The translations under genes were made by a program, and so were the position numbers. Positions 1 through 12,551 of a stretch of 64,000 bases of DNA are shown one piece after another. This DNA is from Eukaryota sp. TZLM1-RC (lineage: Eukaryota > Protista > Metamonada: BaSk clade): contig JAUPSS010000002.1 in the NCBI GenBank assembly GCA_040285825.1, positions 3,472,001 to 3,536,000 on the forward strand, written 5' to 3'. The first letter of the stretch is position 1. Each line of letters opens with the position of its first letter. Under the pieces are notes generated by a model. It was not told the DNA's origin. It saw nothing but the letters and a program-made list of their open reading frames with translations, and did no database searches.

Positions 1-2154
1 AATATTTTGATGAATTGAATCCAACACCGCCAAGTTGAACATCAGAAAAAATATGATTTTTCAAAATTGATGGATCAACAGACATTAAATAAGCCAAAAA
101 TTGGGTACGTATTTTGTTAAATTGTCTACAAAAATTGTAAGTTAGGGATGGAGGTAATGATCGCAGTAAATGAGTAATTTTTCCAGCATAACAAATTTTC
201 AAAAGAAAAAACTTAAGACGTTTTTCCAATTCAAGAGTCTTTATGACTTCTAGCTCTTTTTTAATTGAATTTAAATAATTTTCAAGACTGTCAAGTGTCT
301 TTTCGGCGGAACCTAAATAGCAACCCAGAAAGCAGAAACTAGTTGAAGTATAATCAATATATGGAACTTCGAGGGAATTAATTATTGACTTAACATTTTT
401 TCTAGAAATACAAAAACATTTTTGAACATTCAAATCAAGACCTATGGATTGGTATAATGTAGCAGCTTCATTAGCAACCCTATTAATTGTACTTTCTGGA
501 CCAATACAAGAAATGTCATCCATGTAAGCTACCACTTGAAGGTCAGAATTTTTCTTCTTTTAATTTTTTTCAAAATTGGGTGAATTGCAAGACAAAAAAA
601 GAAAGGACCTAAAGGGTCTCCTTGTTTAACTCCTGATAAAGAATCCAAATTAAAAGAATTAAAAATTAAATCAGATGAATTACCATAAAACCTATAAAAA
701 AAGGTTTCGAGTTCAGGAAAATTTGATTTGATTTCTTTCCAAATTGAATCTCTTTTCACTGAATTGAAAGCATTTTTGAAATCAAGATTAAAAATGCAAC
801 TATTTTCGTGATAATTGAAAAACAGATCAGATGTCAAAGCTGCAACTGAAGCTCCATCTATAGTTTTGATTCCATATTGGAATGGAGAAAAGTATTCTTT
901 AGCTTTTGTTGAAACTCGATTAAAAATTACTGAAGACATCAAGCGATAAATGGCTTCACCAATGGCAATTGGGCGAACTTTTCCATTAGGTTTAGTTAAA
1001 GCCACTAACCGTGATGCACTTAATTCTTTGGGTGGAACAATTTTCATTGTCAAAACATCTTGAAAAAAGGAACATAAATCTTTAATAATAAAGGCATTTT
1101 GGCGGCACACAGATTTCAGCATATCAAAAGTAATTCCAGATGGACCTGGAGCTTTTCCAGATGGAAGACGGAAAATGGCAGTTTCAACTTCTTTTTCAGA
1201 AAGTGGATTTTGTTTCCAAAATTGTGAAGCAGATGGTTTATCCAAATGAAGAAATTCAGCTGGATGCAGATCCACTAATTGATTTACAGTTTCATCAGTC
1301 ACAGGAGCAAGATCAGATGAGAACAGAGCGTTTTTCCCTGAACCATATCTCCCACGTAGCAAAAATTTTCGTACAGTCTTATTCTTGGGTTGTTTCTTTG
1401 GAGTGAAAGCCTTTTGGGGACGAGAACCTGATTTTTGTTCAAGGAAGAATTTCCAAATAGAAAATATATCCCATTCTCCTTTTTTCAAAGCAAGACTGAA
1501 TGTTCTAAACGCAACAGAAAAGGGAATGGAAGCCTTGGGACTGAGAATATTCGGAATCTTACATGGAGGCCGTAATGTATCAAGCGAGGAGCAAACATGG
1601 CATACATATAAATTATTTTTTTAAAATATATCTTTCAGCTTTTTCATTACAAATAGCACAATTATCAATTTGACTTGCTTCAAGGGGAATATCTAACATC
1701 ACTGCATCATTGTCTTCTGCAGTGCACTCATCTTTGGGAGGTAAATTAAATTCTAAATTATTTAATTCAGCGGCAGCGGCGGTTACAGAATAAGAAATAG
1801 ATGGATTTTGATAATTTTCACATTTTTTAGAATTCTTTTTATGACCAACTTTATGACAGGATGAGCAACGGGGAACATTTTTTGAGAGTTTAGTGTTTTT
1901 TGTGGCACGCTGATCATTTTTTGAATTTGAAATTTTTTGAGAAAAATTTCGAGCATAGCTTGGAGGGTGGGGAGAGTGGAGGAGTGAAGGGGATGAGCTT
2001 GATCTGACGGGTAGAACCTTCACTTGGGCATTCCAATCAGTATCGGAGTCACTATCAGTCTCTGGCATCGTTTAGGGAGAGACACAGTACAACTTTGACG
2101 CCAACACAGAAAGTGAAAAATGAGAGGCTTGACCAAGGGAGGGAGAAAAAAAAA
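1..2154 (-). mobile_element. CRE-like RLE non-LTR retrotransposon family C, 5'-intact copy running off the window start
   Basis: Pyrimidine-rich 5' UTR, ATG at 2068 (MPETDSDSDTDWN), knuckle CSSCHKVGHKKNSKKC, CxxC..CxxC, RT motifs (VRPIAIGE, LDFKNAFNS, QGDPLGP; YMDD in a shifted frame). Frameshifts at homopolymers. Confidence 0.9.
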
Positions 2155-3466
2155 GAGAACATTTACAAATTAAATTATGAGGTAAATTATCAGGCCAGAT
2201 AAAGGAACGAAATCTCATATTCAGAGTCCAAGCAGAATCGGATAAGAGAGTACCATAAACTTGTGGAATTGTTGTTACTAAGGCAGAGGAAGTACTGTCA
2301 CGCATATCTTGTAAAAGATTTGCAAAAGCGGGATTCTTTTTCTTGGCCAAGCCAAGTCTAACATCAAAATCCAAGCTTTCAAAAATCTTTGACAATTTTT
2401 GTTGAAGCTTTTTACAGCAAAACTGTAAATTAAATAGAGATCGGTTTGGAATTTCTTGAATTGATTGAGGAAAACATTTGGTCCAAATTTGTGGCGGTAA
2501 TTTTTCAAGTTCACAAGATAACTCATACAAATAGGGACTACAATTGGGGACTAACAGATGAGAATCATCAGGAAATCTACGAGAAAATTCATAAATAAAA
2601 TTTTGCCACCACCCAAGAATGCTGATTGACACAAAATTGAAGATTTAGTAAAACCAATACCACCCAAATTTGCTGAAGAAAATAAATGGCTTTTTAACAT
2701 TCCTGGTTCTACATCCAATAAATCAGCAAAAAATTCTGATCTCAATGAATTAAAAGAACGACAAAAATCTAATGCTATGGAAGGAGCACAAGATCTCAAA
2801 ATGTGGGTTATTCTCCCAGTGTAGCAAATTTTAAGCATGAAAAATTTAATATGCTTTTCTATATCTAAAGAAGAAATTGAATCAAGTTCAATTTTCATTT
2901 TTTCCAAAATAACTTGCAATTCATTCTGAATTTGAGGCACATTTCCTAACCAACAACCAAGGAACTCAAAAGCATCACTACTATAATTAGTAAAAGGGAC
3001 AATAGAATCGTTTATCACGAGGTCTTGAGCAGAAGAGCCAATCAGAAGGCATTTGCTGGCATTAAGATGAAGCCCAATATTTTCATATGAATCGGCAATT
3101 TCTTGAGCAACCAATTCTAGTAAATCAAATGAACCAATCAAGGATATATCATCCATATAAGCAACTATTTTTATAGAAGGGTATTTTTGCTTAATGATAT
3201 TTAAAGTTTTGTGAATAGCTAAACAAAACAATAATGGGCCTAAAGGATCTCCCTGCTTCACTCCAGAAGATGATTTAAGACCAAATGAATTAAAAATTAA
3301 ATCTGATTCTTTCCCATAAAAATGGTAGAAAAAACTCGATAGCTCAGGAAAATCAGATTTAATAACTTCAAAAATTGCTTCTCGCTTTACAGAATTAAAA
3401 GCATTTTTGAAATCGAGATTAAAAATAAAATTATTTTCCTCTGCATTAAAAAAGGCATTAAAAAAG
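2155..3466 (-). mobile_element. Family A internal fragment (RT to zinc knuckle), broken at CKCS by the 5' end of the family C copy
   Basis: ORFs 2551-3498 and 2072-2632 are near-identical to other A copies. Confidence 0.9.
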
Positions 3467-3540
3467 AGGAAATCTTGGTTTAATGATAGTCGTCCCATTA
3501 GTTATGATTTAATTTAATCAAGTGTGCAAATTCAATAAAT
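3467..3540 (+). mobile_element. Family E 3' stub (~75 bp)
   Basis: Matches the last codons and 3' UTR of E (taatgatagtcgtcccattag...aataaa). Confidence 0.85.
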
Positions 3541-4250
3541 ACGAAAAACATCTTAAGTTTTTTCTTTTGAAAATTTGTTATGCTGGAAAAATTACTCATT
3601 TACTGCGATCATTACCTCCATCCCTAACTTACAATTTTTGTAGACAATTTAACAAAATACGTACCCAATTTTTGGCTTATTTAATGTCTGTTGATCCATC
3701 AATTTTGAAAAATCATATTTTTTCTGATGTTCAACTTGGCGGTGTTGGATTCAATTCATCAAAATATTTGACCAAAGCTGCATTTATTGGTGGTGGAAAA
3801 AATTTTGTATTTGAATTCTCTAGAAGATATCCTTTTGCCGAAAATCTTCTTGAAAATACAAATAGCCTATTCCTGGATAACTTAAGAGAAGAAATAGCCA
3901 GTTTATCTCCCGACTTATGGCAATCATGTTTCCCCATATCCATTCAAGAAATTCCAGACAGAAGTTTATATTCATTAAAATTTGCGTTGAAAAAGCTCCA
4001 ACGACATCTTTTGAAAAATTTTGAAAACAAGGATTTTATTGTTCGACTTAGCATGGCTAAGAAAGAAAATCCTGCTTTTGCCAATTTTTTGATTGATTTG
4101 AAGGACAGTTCATCTGCAGTTTTGATAAATCAAATTCCCCAGATTTATGGTCTATTTTTGAATGACGACCAATGGACCACTGCTATGAGAATGCGTTGTT
4201 ATTTATGGCCTTGTAATTTGCCCAATGATTTGTTTTGTAAATGTAGAGCT

Positions 4251-5552
4251 TTTTTTTTAAATTTAATTTTATTCTAAACCTATAAATCAACATCTAAAAA
4301 ATCCATCTCTCCCAAAACAAAAACACTAGATGCAACTCTCTCATAGTGAGATCCAAGAGAAAGCAAAGCATCAGAAACCATCTTCAACATCCCCTTAAAA
4401 ATAGAAAACACAATTCTATTTTGCCAAAACAATCTGTTGAAATTTCTGCCAGTTCTTCTCTTTACAAGCATTTCAAAATCATCCAAAAAACGTAAAGCAG
4501 TTGGTGCAAGTGAACCAAAAATGCAAATGGATACAAATTGTATTTTGCATGCTGTAGACTGGCCAATTTGGACAAAGGTTCATTGTATTTTTTGAATTTA
4601 AAATTTTCAGCATTTGAAAGGGGATTATGAATTTCAGAATTAACAAGCCTTTCATTTGAGGCATTACAAGGATCAACAGACATTACATCCAATAAAATAA
4701 AGCTTCCATCTAATCCAGGTAATATGACGTCACCTCTATTATTCTTATGAAAATCATTTTCAGCATCAAACAGATTTGACAACAGAGGTTCCAAGAAGGA
4801 TTCAATTCTATAAGATTTACACATACAATATAACTGGTCTCTTACAGCATCATGAACCTTGCTTCTAAAAGTAATAAAATGTTTACAATTTAACAAATGA
4901 GTAGTTGTAATTTCTCGAGAACAAATTAAATTATGAGGTAAATTATCAGGCCAGATAAAGGAACGAAATCTCATATTCAGAGTCCAAGCAGTCGGATAAG
5001 AGAGTACCATAAACTTGTGGAATTGTTGTTACTAAGGCAGAGGAAGTACTGTCACACATATCTTGTAAAAGATTTGCAAAAGCGGGATTCTTTTTCTTGG
5101 CCAAGCCAAGTCTAACATCAAAATCCAAGCTTTCAAAAATCTTTGACAATTTTTGTTGAAGCTTTTTACAGCAAAACTGTAAATTAAATAGAGATCGGTT
5201 TGGAATTTCTTGAATTGATTGAGGAAAACATTTGGTCCAAATTTGTGGCGGTAATTTTTCAAGTTCACAAGATAACTCATACAAATAGGGACTACAATTG
5301 GGGACTAACAGATGAGAATCATCAGGAAATCTACGAGAAAATTCATAAATAAAATTTTTGCCACCACCCAAGAATGCTGATTGACACAAAATTGAAGATT
5401 TAGTAAATCCAATACCCCCCAAATTTGCTGAAGAAAATAAATGGCTTTTCAACATTCCTGGTTCTACATCCAATAAATCAGCAAAAAATTCTGTTCTCAA
5501 TGAATTAAAAGAACGACAAAAATCTAATGCTATGGAAGGAGCACAAGATCTC
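4251..5552 (-). mobile_element. 5'-truncated family A copy inserted in C
   Basis: Poly(A) tail at 4251; TSD ATGTAGAGCT at 4241-4250 and 5553-5562. Confidence 0.92.
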
Positions 5553-5660
5553 ATGTAGAGCTGGTTTGACATTATCACATTTATTTAATTGTAATAGATA
5601 TATTTCCTATCGTTCTACGTTGCATGATGCAGTCAGAGATCAAATCCATGCAATGTGTAA

Positions 5661-6488
5661 CAGTATGTGTGACAGTACTTCTTCTGCCTTAGTAACAACA
5701 ATTCCACAAGTTTATGGTACTCTCTTATCCGATTCTGCTTGGACTCTAAATATGAGATTTCGTTCCTTTATCTGGCCTGATAATTTACCTCATAATTTAA
5801 TTTGTAAATGTTCTCGAGAAATTACAACTACTCATTTGTTAAATTGTAAACATTTTATTACTTTTAGAAGCAAGGTTCATGATGCTGTAAGAGACCAGTT
5901 ATATTGTATGTGTAAATCTCATAGAATTGAATCCTTCTTGGAACCTTTGTTGTCAAATCTGTTGGATGCTGAAAATGATTTTCATAAGAATAATAGAGGT
6001 GATGTCATATTACCTGGATTAGATGGAAGCTTCATTTTATTGGATGTAATGTCTGTTGATCCTTGTAATGCCTCAAATGAAAGGCTTGTTAATTCTGAAA
6101 TTCATAATCCCCTTTCAAATGCTGAAAATTTTAAATTCAAAAAATACAATGAACCTTTGTACAAATTGGCCAGTCTACAGCATGCAAAATACAATTTGTA
6201 TCCATTTGTATTTTCCCTTTTTGGTTCACTTGCACCAACTGCTTTACGTTTTTTGGATGATTTTGAAATGATTGTAAAGAGAAGAACTGGTAGAAATTTC
6301 AACAGATTGTTTTGGCAAAATAGAATTGTGTTTTCTATTTTTAAGGGGATGTTGAAGATGGTTTCTGATGCTTTGCTTTCTCTTGGATCTCACTATGAGA
6401 GAGTTGCATCTAGTGTTTTTGTTTTGGGAGAGATGGATTTTTTATATGTTGATTTATAGGTTTTGAATAAAATTAAATTTAAAAAAAA
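5661..6488 (+). mobile_element. 5'-truncated family A copy inserted in C
   Basis: TSD ATGCAATGTGTAA at 5648-5660 and 6489-6501; A-rich tail. Confidence 0.92.
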
Positions 6489-7089
6489 ATGCAATGTGTA
6501 ATTCCTATCATATTGAATCCTTTGTAGAACCTTTGTTGAGGTCTCTTGATTTAAATGAAAGCGTAAGAGATTCAGAATATGGAAATCGACGTGCTGATGT
6601 TGTTGTGCCCTCGTTTGATGATGTCATGAATGTTGTTGATGTCGTTACAGTGGATGCATGCAAGAAAAATGCCTTGAAAAATGCTCAATCCGAAGTATCC
6701 CCCCTTGATGACTCCGAATTGTACAAACGGAAAAAGTATGCAAATCCTTTAAAAGAATTGAAACATGTTCGCCATGTAGATTACCAAATTTGCCCATTTG
6801 CTATATCGTTGTATGGTCGTCTTGGAAAAACTGCTTTGAATTTTATTGATGATTTTGAAAATCTTGTGAAAAAAAGAATGAATAAGCGTTTTGATCGTCG
6901 CTTGTGGCTAAATCGTATTGTTTTTACTATTTTCAAATCAATTCCTAAAATGATTTCGAAAGCTTTAATGTCTGTCAGTGCACATTATGAAAACATTGCT
7001 GCTGTAAGGTTTGATGGTGTGGAAGCTTGTTTTGATGATATTGACTTTTAGACTGTGGTTTTGAAAATAAATTAATAGTATGTTAAAAA

Positions 7090-8081
7090 AAATAAATCTG
7101 GGGAATTTGATTTATCAAAACTGCAGATGAACTGTCCTTCAAATCAATCAAAAAATTGGCAAAAGCAGGATTTTCTTTCTTAGCCGTGCTAAGTCGAACA
7201 ATAAAATATTTGTTTTCAAAATTTTTCAAAAGATGTCGTTGGAGCTTTTTCAACGCAAATTTTAATGAATATAAACTTCTGTCTGAAATTTCTTGAATGG
7301 ATATGGGGAAACATGATTGCCATAAGTCGGGAGATAAACTGGATATTTCTTCTCTTAAGTTATCCAGGAATATGCTATTTGTATTTTCAAGAAGATTTTC
7401 GGCAAAAGGATATCTTCTAGAGAATTCAAATACAAAATTTTTTCCCCCACCAATAAATGCAGCTTTGGTCAAATATTTTGATGAATTGAATCCAACACCG
7501 CCAAGTTGAACATCAGAAAAAATATGATTTTTCAAAATTGATGGATCAACAGACATTAAATAAGCCAAAAATTGGGTACGTATTTTGTTATATTGTCTAC
7601 AAAAATTGTAAGTTAGGGATGGAGGTAATGACCGCAGTAAATGAGTAATTTTTCTGATGAAACTGTAAATCAATTAGTAGATCTGCATCCAGCTGAATTT
7701 CTTAATTTGGATTTTTTTAAATAATTTTAATTTATTATTAAACTATAGTCTAAAAGTCAATATCTTCAAAACAAGCTTCCACACCATCAAACCTCACAAC
7801 AGCAATTTCTTCGTAATGTGCACTGACAGACATTAAAGCTTTCGAAATCATTTGAGGAATTGATTTGAAAATAGTAAAAACAATACGATTTAGCCACAAG
7901 CGACGATCAAAACGCTTATTCATTCTTTTTTTCACAAGATTTTCAAAATCATCAATAAAATTCAAAGCAGTTTTTCCAAGACGACCATACAACGATATTT
8001 TGAAGATATTGATTTTTAGACTGTGGTTTTGAAAATAAATTAAAAGTATGTTAACGACATCTTTTGAAAAAATTTGAAAGC
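7090..8081. mobile_element. Scrambled family C fragments in both orientations
   Basis: ~7090-7652 (-), ~7653-7712 (+), 3' end ~7713-7997 (-), 3' stub ~7997-8053 (+) and a short (+) piece, all matching C. Confidence 0.8.
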
Positions 8082-8785
8082 ATTTTTTTTTAAAATTTAA
8101 TTTTATTCTAAACCTATAAATCAACATCTAAAAAATCCATCTCTCCCAAAACAAAAACACTAGATGCAACTCTCTCATAGTGAGATCCAAGAGAAAGCAA
8201 AGCATCAGAAACCATCTTCAACATCCCCTTAAAAATAGAAAACACAATTCTATTTTGCCAAAACAATCTGTTGAAATTTCTACCAGTTCTTCTCTTTACA
8301 ATCATTTCAAAATCATCCAAAAAACGTAAAGCAGTTGGTGCAAGTGAACCAAAAAGGGAAAATACAAATGGATACAAATTGTATTTTGCATGCTGTAGAC
8401 TGGCCAATTTGTACAAAGGTTCATTGTATTTTTTGAATTTAAAATTTTCAGCATTTGAAAGGGGATTATGAATTTCAGAATTAACAAGCCTTTCATTTGA
8501 GGCATTACAAGGATCAACAGACATTACATCCAATAAAATGAAGCTTCCATCTAATCCAGGTAATATAACATCACCTCTATTATTCTTATGAAAATCATTT
8601 TCAGCATCAAACAGATTTGACAACAAAGGTTCCAAGAAGGATTCAATTCTATGAGATTTACACATACAATATAACTGGTCTCTTACAGCATCATGAACCT
8701 TGCTTCTAAAAGTAATAAAATGTTTACAATTTAACAAATGAGTAGTTGTAATTTCTCGAGAACATTTACAAATTAAATTATGAGG
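8082..8785 (-). mobile_element. Family A 3' part; continues at 15043-15374 and 16061-16112
   Basis: ORF 8114-8737. The A sequence ...TATGAGGT resumes as AGGTAAATTATCAGG at 15043. Confidence 0.88.
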
Positions 8786-11700
8786 TTTTTTTTTCTCCCT
8801 CCCTTAGTCAACCCTCTCATATTTCACTTTCTGTCACGGAGTCACAGTCGCACTGTGTCTTTGCCAAAACGATGCCAGTGACTGACAGTGACTCTGATAC
8901 TGATTGGAACACCCAAGCAAAGATTCTACCCATCAGATCAAGCTCATCCCCTTCACTTCTCCACTCTCCCCACCCTTCAAGCTATGCTCGAAATTCTTCT
9001 CAAAAAAATTTGACAATTTTTAAAAAAGACTTTTTGCCTTTGTGTGATGCCCCTGATATTACGCCTGAAAAAGTGCAAAAAAGAAGATATACTTGTTCCA
9101 AATGTGGCAAGGTTGGTCATAACATTAGAAAATGTCCTGATATTATTACCGAAAAAATGAGACTGAAAACCAATATTTCTATTGTTAATAGTTTGCAAAC
9201 GCCATCCGAACTAAATCTTCCTCCTGTTCCCAATGTTTCTGCTGATGATGTTAATTATGATTTAAATATTGATCAAACTCATTTACCAAAAACTGTTGCT
9301 CCTCATCCTACGGATAATTTCTTGAAACATAGTTGTCCTTTTGCAAAAGTTCCTCTCTAATTCTTCTAATGGTCGCCCTCTATTGTTTTTGTTATGACTG
9401 TCAAACAAGTGATTCTCTTCGTACACCTGTTAAAAATTCCTGTAGAGGTGAGTCCTGCCAGTTCTGTTCCTTTGTCAATGGAAATGCGTTCTTTTTCTTC
9501 GCAATTGAAATTAAACAAATGGAACATAACAAGATTTTGGAAATTCTTTGCCAAAAAGAATAAGAAGAAAATTAATTACAAACCAAAACAGGGAAAAGCT
9601 AATTCATCTTTTCAGGCAAGAAAATTGTTTTTGAGAGGTAGATATGGAAGCGGATTAAAAAATATTTTTTCGGGAAAACTGGCTGATAACAATCTCGAAA
9701 CTGTTGAAAAATTAAAATCCCTCCATCCAACTGAAAATTTTTGCCCCAGTAGGCCTTCTATTTGTCAATATTGGCTCGAAAATCCATTTCAGGCTCAAGA
9801 AGTATTGAATGCCGTTGCTAAATTACCAAAAGGAAAAGCTGTTGGTCCTTCAGGCATTTCCTTTGATTTGTTGAAAACTGCCTGTAAAAATGCTCCTGAA
9901 ATTTGTGAGGATCTTGCTTCCTATTTTCAAAATTTAATGTGTTTGAATTATGTTCCTCCGCATGAATTGACTGCTGCCCGTTTAGTTGCTTTAGTTAAAC
10001 CTGGTAAAGGTGACAAGCCTGATGGAGTTAGACCAATTGCTATTGGAGAGTCATTAACCAGATTGCTTTCTTCACTTATTTTCAACAGAATTTCTACTAA
10101 AGCAAGGGACTATTTGAAGCCTTTCCAATTTGGTATAAAAACTGTTGAAGGTGCTTCTGTTGCTTCAATGACTTCAGATGTTTTTTTCAATAGTCAACAA
10201 CATCAATATATTTTCAATTTGGATTTCAAAAATGCTTTCAATTCTGTGAAACGTGATTGTATTTTTGATGTGCTTCTTCATGATTTTCCTGAACTTTCTG
10301 CATATTTTTATTTATTTTATGGAAAAAAATCAGACTTAATTTTTGACTCCTTTACCCTTGAATCTTCTTCTGGTGTGAAACAAGGTGATCCTCTTGGCCC
10401 TTTGCTGTTTTGTTTGGCTATTCATAATATTATTAAAATGACACAACAAGATTTCCCTGATTTGCGTATTGTTGCCTATATGGATGACATTTCTATTATT
10501 GGTTCTTTTGAAAGCATTTCTAGGGTTTCTGAAGACATTGCGGCGAAATACAAAGAAATTGGTTTAGCTTTGAACCCATCTAAATGTCTCTTGATTGGTA
10601 GAGAAAAACAATCTTTGATGATTGGTGGAGCTCAGATTCCTTTTATCAATTATGACCAACAAGCTTTTAAGTTTCTTGGATGTTGGCTTGGCAATTTGGA
10701 TGAAATTTATTCCCAGTTAAACAATTTATTGGAGAAGTTTGACAAGGATCTTAGTTATATCGCTGAATGTGACATTGAGAAACACATCAAATTTTTTTAT
10801 TTTAAAAATTTGTTATTCTGGAAAATTCACTCATATTTTAAGGTCAACTCCCCTTCGGTATCTCTCAATTTTTGCAGATCTTTTTAACAAACTTCGAGTC
10901 AAATTTTTTTCTTCTTTATTAGAAGTAAATGAATCTTTAATTCGAAGTCATGTATTTTGTTCAGCAGATTTGGGTGGAATTGGATTCACCAAATCTTCGA
11001 TTCTGTGTAAATCAGCATTTTTGGGAGGTGGTAAAATTTTGTTTTTGAATTTTTCCAAAGGTTCCCTTTTGATGTTCATCTGATCAATGGTGAATCAAAT
11101 TTTTACTTGAATCAACTGCAATTTGAATTAGAAAATTTGCCTAGTGATATCTGGATTCAGTGTTTTCCTCAAAACGTTCAAGAAATTCCCACTCGATCAC
11201 TTCCAAATTTACGTTTTTGCTTGAAAAAGCTTCAGCACCATCTGGTTAAATTATATGAAGGCTTGGATTATGAAGTAAGACTTGGCTTGGCCAAAACTAA
11301 AAATCCCGCTTTCGGTAATTTTTTTAAAGGATATTCGTGATAGTTCTGCTGCTGCTTTAGTAACTCAAGTTCCCTCTGTTTATGGACTTTTGCTAAAAAG
11401 ACAATGAATGGCTTTTAAACATGCGTTTTCGTTGTTTTCTGTGGCCAAACAATTTGCCCAATCATTTAACTTGTAAATGTGGTAAACCTCTTTTGTTTAC
11501 TCATCTTTTGAACTGTAAACATTTCATTACGTATAGAAGCAAAGTGCATAATAACGTCAGGGACCAAATTTATGTAATGTGCAAATCATATCGTGTAGAT
11601 TCCTTTTTAGAACCGCTGTTATCAAAATTAATTCTTGATGATCCCAATATTGATAGTACGCGTTACAACAGAGCTTCTATGGGTTTGACTAGAGGTGATC

Positions 11701-12205
11701 TAGTTGTTCCCGGTTTAAATGGTAGTTTTACTATTTTGGACGCCATGTCTATTGACCCTTGTAATTCCTCTAACGAACATTTCATTAACTCGGATGTAAA
11801 TAATCCTCTTCTTGCAGGCGAAAAATATAAAATTGCTAAATATGCGAAACCCATTTCCTCGGTTAATGAAAATTCTCATGCCCAATATAATTTATGTCCA
11901 TTTGTTTTTTCTTTGCTTGGATCTCTAGGTAAGGCTGCTATGGCTTTCCTTGAGGATTTTGTTGTAGTTGTAAAGGAAAGAACTGGAAGAATTTTCAATC
12001 GTGTTTACTGGCAAAACAGGATTGTATTTTCTATTTTTAAGGGAATGGTAACACTAATTTCTGATTCACTATCTTCTTTTGGGAAATTTTCTGAATCTTT
12101 AGCGATTAATTGTTTTGATGTAGGGGAGGCAGGTTTTGAGGATGTGGAGTTTTAATTGTGTATTTCATATTTGTTGTTGAATAAAAAATATTATATAAAA
12201 AAAAA
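8786..12205 (+). mobile_element. Full-length family B element (~3.4 kb; single ORF of ~1,090 aa at 8872-12155, broken by homopolymer indels)
   Basis: 5' UTR similar to family C; CSKCGKVGHNIRKC knuckle; CPFC..CYDC finger; RT YMDD; CKC..H..C; RGD..D..KIAKY; GFEDVEF*; AATAAA and A-rich tail. Confidence 0.93.
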
Positions 12206-12551
12206 CATTGGTCTATGAAAATTTTGACCTGCTTTCGTCTTCAGGTGTTAAACAAGGTGATCCACCTTGTTGATCCACCCAATGCGTCTCTTGTTTTCAA
12301 TAGAATTGGAAAAAAAGCCAAGGAATTTTTCAGTCCGTTTCAATTTGGAATCAAGACAATTGATGGTGCTTCTTCTGCTGCTCTTTCGTCGGATGTGTTT
12401 TTTAATTCTAGTGATTCTAATTACATCTTCAATTTAGATTTTAAGAATGCTTTCAATTCTGTATCTCGTTCTTCCATTTTACCTTTGCTGCAAAAGCATT
12501 TTCCTGAAGTTGAGTCTTTTTTCTATTCATTTTATGGAAAATCATCCACAT
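12206..12551 (+). mobile_element. Two family D RT fragments in permuted order
   Basis: In intact D copies (e.g. 32797-33125), the sequence at 12206-12265 follows the sequence at 12283-12551. Confidence 0.85.

Larger units (their letters stand above)
3543..7085 (+). mobile_element. Family C 3' half, split by two family A insertions
   Basis: Pieces 3543-4250, 5553-5660 and 6489-7085 rejoin into a continuous reading frame ending CFDDIDF*, followed by a UTR with AATAAA. Confidence 0.9.

Noticed and set aside
9333-9400. Two-ORF organisation or programmed frameshift in family B
   Set aside because: The copy at 57601 has one more T and reads through (HSCPFCKK). Indels differ between copies and sit in homopolymers, so they are errors or decay.
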